The position numbers were made by a program, and so were the translations under genes. The notes beneath the pieces are model-generated. The model made no database searches and was not told the origin of the DNA. It saw nothing but the letters and a program-made list of their open reading frames with translations. This document shows positions 41,837 to 51,331 of a DNA stretch of 64,000 bases, piece after piece. Source of the DNA: Octopus vulgaris (Eukaryota); contig OX597820.1 of NCBI GenBank assembly GCA_951406725.2, forward strand, positions 4,712,001 to 4,776,000. The letters are read 5' to 3'. Every line of letters begins with the position of its first letter. The stretch's first letter is position 1.

Positions 41837-42777
41837 GTAAGCAACTACTAACTTTATTATTTTTCTCAGTTTTATGTACCTCAGCCTAAACTTGGTTTTA
41901 TATATGTATATTTTTATGTATGTAAAATATCTAATCCATAATCATTAGTCTGACAAAACGTATCCGGTTTTGTCTACGGATTTTCTCCATTTATGGATTA
42001 AATATGCTTAGTCACTCTCACACATGCCTTTGTGCTCATTCCTCTGAAGGCTGGACATGCTTTCTTTCAGACTTGTCACTCCCTCGGATATATATATATA
42101 TATATATTTTATTTCACTTCAGTGTAATGATAATAATGACCTGACGTAAGACCTCATTGTACACATGCTTTACAATGAAGCGTCGTTTGAGTACAAAGCA
42201 GTAATAGGAAATTAAATAACTGACAAGGGAATAAGAAATTATGTCATGACATAATTTTGTATTCCCTTGCCAGATATTTAATTTCTTGTGTATATAAAAC
42301 ATCTCACTAGTGTACTGCAAGTGTAAAAAACGTGTCGAAACAATTTTAGTGATTTTTAAATAAAGAACATCATTCGTTCTATTTCCTATTTCTATAAACT
42401 CTACGGATACTATGGAATTCCTGATGTATATCTAAGTAGCTGGAGTATTTTCTCTATATAATGACATTAGGTAGCCGATAACTGGATGAGCTTTGGTTTT
42501 TATCTGAATCTTATTTAACACACACATACAAATTATTAAGATAGCTTATTCGCAATTTACAATCAAAAGGCACATGTATAGACATCACTAAGGGGACTAA
42601 GCTCTCTTAATCACCTTAGTGATATGTGTGTGTGTGTACTTCTAATGAAGACCATTGGATCTGTAGTCAAGCAATTTACCACCAATGAATTTACTACTTG
42701 TAAGCACTGAAGACAACTGAGGAGGGACAAGTTTTAACAACTATTGTATTAGCTTAACACTTAAGATGAAGGGGAAA

Positions 42778-42815
42778 GAGTTAACTTTTCAGATGTTAGT
42801 CCTTCATCAGAAGAA
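42778..42815 (-). ncRNA. Degenerate hammerhead-like motif
   Basis: Minus strand tt-CTGATGA-A-GGA-ctaaca-TCT-GAAA-AGTTAA; stem I is weak. Confidence 0.4.
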
Positions 42816-43296
42816 AAGTGAAAGAGGATAGTGAAAGAGAGAAAAATGATTGTGTGTGTGTGTGTGGTGTTTACAAAGAGCAGAACAATCGTACCTTGCT
42901 GTAGACGTGATTTGATCTCTAATAAGACATATTCGTTTGGTCGTTTCAGTCTTACCACATCATACATTCTGGTTACCACCCCCTGCACACCAACCTATGT
43001 TAAATACTCTCAGTACTTCCACACGTCCTCCAGTCAGGCCAAGTAAGTGAACCACCTTTATTACACCTTCTTGCTTTCACTATTTCTATATATGTGTGTA
43101 TATATGTGTGAGAGAGAGAGACCATATATGTGTGTATGTGTATTAATAGTTTTCCTTGACAATATTTTCAAATGTTTCTTATAAATCTTGACACTAGTTA
43201 TTCTAAATGTTCACCCCACCCCACCATATCTCAAAGTGACCACCCTGATATCCTTAGAATTACATCTAACTCCTCTAATACACCTTTAACACACAC

Positions 43297-43334
<38 letters not shown>

Positions 43335-43379
43335 TATTAGGCCTTTTTGTCTTGGTTACAAATTATTATTATTATGAAA

Positions 43380-43580
43380 AAGGCAATGAGCTGGCAGAAT
43401 CATTAGCATGCCATGCGAAATACTTAGTGGTGTTTTGTCTGTCTTCATGTTCCGAGTTCAAATTCCGGCAAGGTCAATATTGCCTTTCATCCTTTCGGGG
43501 GTCGATAAATTAAGTACCAGTGATGTAATCAACTAGTCCCCTCCTCTAAAGCAGTTGCCCTTGTGGCAAAATTTCGAAAC

Positions 43581-43613
<33 letters not shown>

Positions 43614-43827
43614 GAAAGGCAGCAAGCTGGCAGAATTGTTAATGCATTGGACAAAATGCTTTGTGGCATTTTTACCAGCTTGTCATTCTGGGTCCTAATC
43701 CCACTCAAGCTGAAGTTACCTTTTATCCTTTCAGGGTCGATAAAATAGGTACCAATCAAGCACTGGGGTCAGTGCAATCAACTATATCTGTACCTACAAA
43801 TTTCAGCCTTGTGCTTATAGTAGAAAG

Positions 43828-43861
<34 letters not shown>

Positions 43862-44100
43862 AGATGGCGATCTGGCAGAACCATTAGCATGCTGGTCGAA
43901 ATGCTTAGCGACATTTCATCCATCTTTATGTTCTGAGTTCAAATTCTGCCAGGATCCACTTGGCTTTCTATCCTATCAGGGGCAATAAAATAGGTATCAG
44001 CTGAGTGCTGGGGTCAATGTAATCAATGGACCCCTTCCTCGCAAGTGCTGGCCTTGTGCTAAAATTCGAAACCATCCTCATTATTATTATTATTATTATT
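43380..44100 (+). mobile_element. Three tandem family B SINEs separated by (ATT)n tails
   Basis: Heads at about 43381, 43617 and 43863, each following an (ATT)n run; CpG-decayed. Confidence 0.85.
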
Positions 44101-44336
44101 GTTATTATTACAGTAGACACATTGTTGGATATAATGCTTTTGGTATTTACTCACTTTTCATGACCAGTGTTCAAATCCCAGGAAGGCCACTCTGCTGTAA
44201 CTTCTTCTGGGGTTCAGTAAATAACTGGGGTTGACTCTAAAACACCCAAGCCCTTCCCACACACGTAAAACGAAGTCGTTAGTGTTGTGTTAATTATGTG
44301 AGAAATCCTTAATTTAATGTGTTTGTCTTTCTGCAG

Positions 44337-44429
44337 TTTACCATCCGGCACCTCCTTCTGTAAATGTCCATCAGTCTGTTGAAGCCACCACACCACCCTC
44401 ATCTCCATTTGGCAAAAAAAATAAAAAAG
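44337..44429 (+). CDS. E74/ELF-family ETS factor, coding exon (Pro/Ser-rich, basic end)
   Basis: Acceptor ttgtctttctgcag, donor AAG|gtaagt; 93 nt, phase 1-1, open. Translates (I)YHPAPPSVNVHQSVEATTPPSSPFGKKNKK(G). Confidence 0.85.
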
Positions 44430-45243
44430 GTAAGTTTTATAATAATAATAATAATAATTCTAATATTAGTGCCACCTGACTGGCTCTCGTGCCGGTGGCA
44501 CAAAAAAAGCACCCACTACACTCTCGGAGTGGTTGGCATTAGGAAGGGCATCCAGCTGTAGAAACCTTGCCAGATCAGAGGGGAGCCTGGTGCAGCCTCC
44601 TGGTTTGCCAGCCCCCAGTCAAACCGTCCAACCCATGCCAGCATGGAAAGCAGACATTAAACGATGATGATCATGATGATGTTTGTTGTTGTTTTTGTTG
44701 GTGTTTAGGTTCACGGTGACCTTCATTGATGTGTAGGTAACAAGACATGGCTGTGTGGTAACGAGTTTCATTTCCAACGACATGGCTCCGGGTTCAGTCC
44801 CACTGCATGGCACCTTGTGTAAGTGTCTTCTACTATTGCCCTAGGCTGACTAAAGCCTTGCCAGTGCATTTCGTAGAGGGGAAACTGAAAGAAGCCCGTC
44901 ATGTGTGCGTCTTTGTGTCTGTCCCCCCACCATACCACACCACTTGTCAACCAGTGTTGGTCTATTTACATCCCTATAACATAGAAGTTTGGCAAAAGAA
45001 ACCGATAAAATAAATACCAGGCTTAACAAAACAAAGTACTGGGACTGGTTCATTTGACCAAAATTTCTCCAAGATAAAAAAATGTATATATATATGTCTG
45101 TATGATATTAATAAATGTCTGTATATGTATGCATGTGTCTTTAAGTGTGTGTATGTTTTTATATATATGTATATATTGCTACAATTTAACATGCAGCTTG
45201 GTTGTGTGTGTTAGGGTCTTTTTAGGTAACCTTATACTTATAT

Positions 45244-45736
45244 CAGTGGTCCCCAGCCTTTTCACTGCCAAGGTTCCCTTTTAGTTAACCCTTTTGTTAC
45301 CAACCCACCTGAAACTGACTGAGTACAAATGTCTTGTTTTCATAATTTCTGAACTAAAATCTTCCACCAAACCTTAGTCACAATTTATGTTCCTAACACT
45401 AGCTTAATGATAACTAGATTATTTAACTAAATCCTTTTTGTTATATTTAAAATTAATTGAAAGAAACCCAGAGCATCTCAACAGAAATATGGTAACAAAA
45501 GGGTTAAAGGAGTTTTCCCATGGACCCCAGGATATTGAAAGGTCTGTAGGTGAATTTAGTTCATTGTTATATTTAAAATTAATTGAAAGAAACCCAGAGT
45601 ATCTCAACAGAAATATGGTAACAAAAGGGTTAAATGAGTTTTCCCATGGACCCCAGGATATTGAAAGGTCTGTCGGTGAATTTAGTTCATGGACCCCCCA
45701 GTATTACGTTTGCCCACCAAAGGCTGGGAACCACTC
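45244..45736. mobile_element. hAT MITE hosting a nested piggyBac MITE and a 126-bp duplication
   Basis: TIRs CAGTGGTCCCCAGCCTTT / AAAGGCTGGGAACCACTC; near-TSD acttatat/gcttatat. Confidence 0.8.
45289..45503. mobile_element. piggyBac-type MITE
   Basis: TTAA-CCCTTTTGTTACCA...TGGTAACAAAAGGG-TTAA (14-bp TIR, TTAA TSD). Confidence 0.9.
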
Positions 45737-47314
45737 GCTTATATCTCAACCTCTTACTGCTCCTTTCTCCCCCTCTCTGTCTTTGCAATATTCACTCTAC
45801 CTCCACCTTTGGTTGTTCTGAATCAGTTGCTGTCTTCAAAACAGGTAACTCACTGTGGGAACCGATCACCTGTAGTAGCAGCAGCAGCAGTGGTGGTGGT
45901 GGTGTCAATAACAAATATACTTATGTGTAACAAATGCTCTTCTGTCTCGAGTGTCTCTCCCCCCACCCCACACCACCACCGCCACCTCTCTGTCGAACTA
46001 ATGACTTTCACCAACACCCACAATAAAAGAGCCTCTCTGCTGTCACAAAGCCTGCTAGACATAGCAGCCAGATCACTCTGAAATGACACACTACTGCCTT
46101 AGGTAGGGAAAGGACCACTGAAAAGGAGGGATGGTCATGGCTAGAATGCCTTTCATTAAAGTTCTGCAGGATTGGGGACCACCTGACAACCTAGGGTTGA
46201 ACAACATCACTTCCTTTTGTAATACCACAAAGACTGGCTTTATTGTATCTGCTGTTTCAATCATTAGACTGTGGCCATGCTGGGGCACCACCTTCAAGAA
46301 TTTTTAGTCAAATGAATCGATATCAGAAACTTATTTCTGTTAAAGTCTGGTATTATTCTATCGGTTTCTTTTGCCGAACTGCTAAGTTACAGGGGAGGTA
46401 AACACACCAACACTAGATGTCAAGTATGGAGGGGGACAAACACACACACAACAGGTTTCTTTCAGTTTCCATCTACCAAATGCACTTGCAAGGCTATTGC
46501 GCTCAGAGTGCCGTAAGTAGGACTGAATCTAAAAGCATCAATAGTTAATATCAATTACATGTATATCTGTCATATATATATACACACACACAGAGGTGGC
46601 AAGCTGGCAGAAATGTTAGCACGCCGGGCAAAATGTGTAGCCGTATTTCGTCTGCTGTTATGTTCTGTGTTCAAATTCCACCGAGGTCGATATAATCGAC
46701 TTAATCCATTTTTCTCTCCTTGTTTGTCCCCTCTGTGTTTAGCCCCTTGTGGGTAGTAACACACACACACACACACCCATATATTTTTGGGTGAACAAAT
46801 ATGGATCAAAGGCCTGGTATTGCAACCAGATGTTCTTCCTGTCAGTAAACCTGTTTTCAGGTAATCGCTCCTTTTATTCTACTCGTCTTAAAAAGTGCAG
46901 AGCAATGGGGCCGATGTGTTGCAAGGGGACATCAACAGATGTCACCGTTTCTGGCTCAACACTTCCTTTGAGAATGTAAACACACACACACACACACACA
47001 TGGCAGTAGTCTTTAGTGTTGGTGACATTGACACTTTGCTGCGTTACTAGGGATGCTGGGATTGTGTTGTTCTTGGAAACAAAACATTTTTGTATGTGTA
47101 ACCATGGTGATGGACAGTTTCTGGTGTTGATTGATGCTGATTAACAAACCGATTTTTAACTGGTGTTCAAATTGTGTGAGTTAAACCAATTGGTACTTAC
47201 TATTGTGATTCGATGTTCTTGTTCCAGGGGAAGGAATGGCTCGCCGCCTTAGCCCTTCTCCACTTCCAAAACTGTTCTGCATTTCATTTACAATCTTTTA
47301 CTTCTCTCTCATAG

Positions 47315-47371
47315 GGCGCAAACCGAAGAGTTCTGACTGTCAAATGTTCCCTACTAAAAGGAAACGAGAAG
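47315..47371 (+). CDS. E74/ELF-family ETS factor, short basic (NLS-like) exon
   Basis: Acceptor ttctctctcatag, donor AAG|gtgagt; 57 nt, phase 1-1. Translates (G)RKPKSSDCQMFPTKRKRE(G), matching the basic linker before the ETS domain in ELF1/2/4. Confidence 0.88.
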
Positions 47372-47565
47372 GTGAGTCACCTGGGATTTCTGTTGTTCTT
47401 TATAGCAATATTATTATTATTAGTATTAAGGTGATGAGCTGGCAGAATCGTTAGCATGCCGAGTGAAATGCTTAGCAGTATTTTACAGTTCTATATTTAA
47501 GAGATGAGAAATTATGTACATTATTTACATTTGACGGATATTTGTTCCTCATCTTGTTTGTTGTT

Positions 47566-47611
47566 GACACAATGTTTCAGCTGATATACCCTCCAGCCTT
47601 CATCAGGTGTC
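47566..47611 (-). ncRNA. Minimal type I hammerhead ribozyme motif
   Basis: Minus strand: GACAC-CTGATGA-A-GGCTG-gagggtatat-CAGCT-GAAA-CATT-GTGTC. Stem I is 5 bp, stem II 5 bp, core intact; the stem III palindrome has decayed from AACGTT to AACATT. Confidence 0.75.
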
Positions 47612-47833
47612 TTGGGGAAATTTCGAACCTGGGTTCTCATTCCTAAGGTATTTTTCGATGTTGTTATTATTATTCAGGTCACTATACCATATGCCTACGG
47701 GCATGTAGCATAGTGGTTAAGAGCGTGGGCTACTAACCCCAAGATTCCAAGTTCGATTCCAGGCAATGACCTGAATAATAATAATATCGAAAAATACCTT
47801 AGGAATGAAAACCCAGGTGTAAACTTTCCCCAA

Positions 47834-47879
47834 AACACCTTATGAAGGCTGGAGGGTATATCAGCTGAAACATTGTGTC
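47834..47879 (+). ncRNA. Hammerhead motif with mutated core (CTTATGA)
   Basis: aacac-CTTATGA-A-GGCTG...CAGCT-GAAA-CATT-GTGTC; G5 replaced by T compared with the inverted copy. Confidence 0.65.
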
Positions 47880-48420
47880 AACAACAAACAAGATGAGGAC
47901 AAATATCCGTCAAATGTAAATTAGCAGTATTTTGGTTGCCTCTATGTTCTGAGTTCAAATCCCACTGGGGTCAACTTTGCCTTTCATCCTTTCGGGGTCA
48001 ATAAAATTAGTACCAGTTATGCACTGGAGTTGATGTAATCAACTATCCCCCTCCCCACAAAATCCAGTAGAAAGGATTATTATTATTATTATTATGGGTC
48101 ACCAAGGTTGACTTTGTTTTTCATCCTTTCGGGGTCAATAAAATAAGTACCAGTTGCATACTGGGGTCGATGAATGCGACTAACCTCTTCTCCACAAAAT
48201 TTCAGGCCCTGTGCCTAGAGTAGAAAGTATCGTTGTCCCTCCTGACAATGATATTGTCACCATCACTGTTACCATGCCAATTGTTGTCCATTAATCCATT
48301 AGCGTTTAAACCAGCAAGATCTGGCCTATCACGCTTACACTACATTGCCATTCTAAAAATAGTCATCCACATCATCAAAGTCTCAGAGCTATGAAACAAC
48401 ACATGATTCACAAGTTACAG

Positions 48421-48700
48421 CAGTGGTTCCCAAAGTGGGCAACACTGTTCCCCTGGGAGTGGTGGAAAGTTCAAAGGGGGCATTGAAGAAAAGTGGAGTG
48501 ATGATAATGGGGGTGGCCAAAAGGTGGGGATGGATATATAAACAAGAAAATAATGAGTTAATTAGTTTTTGTTTGTGAAACAGATTTGCTTTGAATTTGC
48601 TTCAGAAAGGAGTCTGTGATGGTTAGTTGGGGGAGGGGTTGCTAGGAATGTGACCTGGGTGTCAAGGGGGCGGTTGCCCGGAAAAGTTTGGGAACCACTG
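48421..48700. mobile_element. hAT (Charlie-like) MITE
   Basis: TIRs CAGTGGTTCCCAAA / TTTGGGAACCACTG; perfect 8-bp TSD AGTTACAG at 48413-48420 and 48701-48708. Confidence 0.93.
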
Positions 48701-48840
48701 AGTTACAGAATGAAATAGAGAAACCTTTGTGGAATCTAGGAATCAACTGAACAAATTTCTTCCACTCTTAGAAGTAATAGAAAAACATTCTTGACCTTAA
48801 TTTGTCCTTTTCTCATTTTCCGTTTCTCTCTTTATTCCAG

Positions 48841-49033
48841 GAAACACCACTTACTTATGGGAATTCTTGCTAAAATTACTACAAAATGCAGAAACTTGTC
48901 CAAAATACATCAAATGGACAAACAGAGATCTTGGTATTTTCAAACTTGTTGATTCCAAGGAAGTATCTAAATTATGGGGCCATCATAAGAACAAACCAGA
49001 CATGAATTATGAAACAATGGGAAGAGCTCTCAG
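48841..49033 (+). CDS. ETS DNA-binding domain exon 1, E74/ELF subfamily
   Basis: Acceptor tctctttattccag, donor CAG|gtatgt; 193 nt. Translates (G)[63 protein letters not shown](R). YLWEFLL and [16 protein letters not shown] are diagnostic of ELF/E74. Confidence 0.97.
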
Positions 49034-49666
49034 GTATGTTGCACTACAACATTTGTTTTCTGATGTTAGGTTTGCTAGGTTTATAAATTTATGTTGTGAT
49101 ATTTAGTGGTTGAAGCCACAAGGCTATAACTGACCTGTTTTTCTTGTTACTGTTTAACTGAAGTCAAACTTCAGACATTCTAGCCATGACCATCTCTTTC
49201 TATAACATCGAATGTGTCCTTTTTTGTTTAGTTGTTACTGTTTAACTGAAGTCAAACTTCAGACATCCTTTTTCTATAACATCGTTTTTTGTTTTTAAAA
49301 TGGATGTGACAGGTCAACTGGGGTCGGGGAGATACTTGTTTAATATTTGGGGAAGACTTTGAGGAAAGCAATGGAACTTTGGAGCAAGGGCAGTGGGATT
49401 TTGATGAGGGTCGGGGTAGGACAATGGATAACCTATAAAAAATGTTGGGATTTTAAAAATTATTTTTGGCAACTTTGAAATCTAGAATTGATTAAAGGTT
49501 TAAAATGAAAACATCAAGTTAAATTCATCTGGGGGTAACTTTAGATCCTTTATCAGAATGTACAGGTCACTTGTGGCCAGTTACAATTGTACCAGAGAAC
49601 AGAATGGTCATTTAGAACTGTTTTATAGAATAGAAAGGTTGATTAGATCTGTACTTCGCTGTATCT

Positions 49667-49766
49667 NNNNNNNNNNNNNNNNNNNNNNNNNNNNNNNNNN
49701 NNNNNNNNNNNNNNNNNNNNNNNNNNNNNNNNNNNNNNNNNNNNNNNNNNNNNNNNNNNNNNNNNN
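49667..49766. other. Assembly gap (100 N) in the last intron
   Basis: Flanked on both sides by TCGCTGTATCT (49656-49666 and 49767-49777). Confidence 0.95.
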
Positions 49767-50029
49767 TCGCTGTATCTCAGAATATTAAGAGTTATACCAC
49801 AGTATGAAAGTATCCCCACCCCAGGGCTTTCCCCACACTAGAAGACACCCCCACCGTACAAGATACTATGCTATCTGAAGATTTATTTCTAAATTGAATT
49901 AAATCTAAAAGTTTAAATTCAAAAATTCACATTTTTTTCCCCCTCAAAATGAAACTAGTTTTAATTGTTGGCCACCATTAATTAATATTGTTGAAATAAT
50001 TCTAACGATGGCTACTGTTTCTGTTGCAG

Positions 50030-50138
50030 GTATTACTACGCAAGAGGGATATTGAATAAAGTGGATGGGCAGCGACTTGTCTACCAGTTTGCTGTGGTTC
50101 CAAAAAACATTGTTGAAATTGATTGCAGCACTCCCTAA
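50030..50138 (+). CDS. ETS domain exon 2 and C-terminus, E74/ELF subfamily
   Basis: Acceptor gtttctgttgcag completes the Arg codon (AG|G). Translates [35 protein letters not shown], stop TAA at 50136-50138 followed by TAG. The short tail [10 protein letters not shown] resembles E74. Confidence 0.97.
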
Positions 50139-50636
50139 TAGAGTGAGTTCCTTGTATATACAGAAGACATCTCACCTGGCTGGTACCTTTATAATGTAAA
50201 GAAGACGAAGGACAGAGAAAGATAGAAAGGAAGAGATAAAGAAAGAAGCAGAAAGAACAATGGATTCATTCATTCACCTCCACCCCAAACTGTTCTGGAA
50301 TTTAAATTTCTTATGAAGTCTGTTTTCTGGGAATTCCGAGAGAGAGAAGAACAATGGGAAGTACTTTGTACTTTTAAGTAAAAAAAAAAAAAATCACCAC
50401 TCAAGTATGAAGTCAGCTTCTTGTTGTTGCTGTCGGCTAAACTCACTTTTTCACAAGAGGGAGTACAAAAACTCTCTTATTTCCAGAACAATGAACTCTG
50501 AAATGTTTTTCAACTTTTTATTTATCGGTTTCCCCCTCCCCCAACCCTCTAATTTTTTTTATTTTTTTTTGCGTGTGTGTGTGAAAAAAGTTCTCTTTCC
50601 TTCCCTCATTCTTTTTCCCACATCTCTCTCACTCAT

Positions 50637-50671
<35 letters not shown>

Positions 50672-51299
50672 GTCACTAAATCCAGATTGATTTTTTTTTT
50701 TATTTATTTATTTATTCTTCGGATGTATATTTATCAGTGACGGCTTTTTTAATGTTTGTCATAGAGAGAGAGAGAGAGGGAGAAAGAGAGAAAGTAGGAA
50801 GAGAGGGAGAGTGTTTGATATCATGGGAGAAAGTACAGTGGGGGGGGGTGTCGAGGGGGGAGGGACATACACTGAGGAGGGAAAGTTGAGTCTGTTGTAA
50901 AGAATTTAAAGAATATTGTTGATTTCCTCTCAACTAGTGTAAAAAAAAAAAAAAAAGAAAAATGAAGAAGAAAAAAAACGGTTTCTTCCTAAAGTTGGTT
51001 GTGTGAGATTGATTGAAGGACTGGCAAAAAAGAAAAAAAAAAATGTATTTATTGCCGAAAAGAAGAGAAAAGTTAAAGTTTGAGAAACTTCTATCATCTG
51101 CATTGGCTGTGAACATGAACACGTGAATGTACGATTGGTGAGTGTTAATGGTCAGCGTGTATGGGTTTATGTTCACCGCCAGCTTCGTTAGCAGTTAAGA
51201 GGAAATATAATGAACGATACCCATCAATGAGTTAAACAGAAATTACATTATATGCATATTCACACATATGCTTGCATATATATATATATGTATATATAC

Positions 51300-51331
<32 letters not shown>

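Larger units (their letters stand above)
47485..47920. mobile_element. tRNA-headed, hammerhead-containing non-autonomous retroelement, head-to-head duplicated, 13-bp TSD
   Basis: TSD TTAGCAGTATTTT at 47472-47484 and 47921-47933 interrupts a Meta-type SINE. tRNA-like head 47699-47765 (A box TAGCATAGTGG, B box GTTCGATTCC). Inverted arms about 47523-47683 and 47764-47921, each with a hammerhead motif. Confidence 0.85.

Noticed and set aside
47699-47770. Functional tRNA gene
   Set aside because: Acceptor and anticodon stems are poorly paired, there is no T-run terminator, and it is fused to a repeat tail inside a TSD-bounded insertion.
50136-50160. Stop-codon readthrough extension
   Set aside because: TAA is followed immediately by an in-frame TAG.
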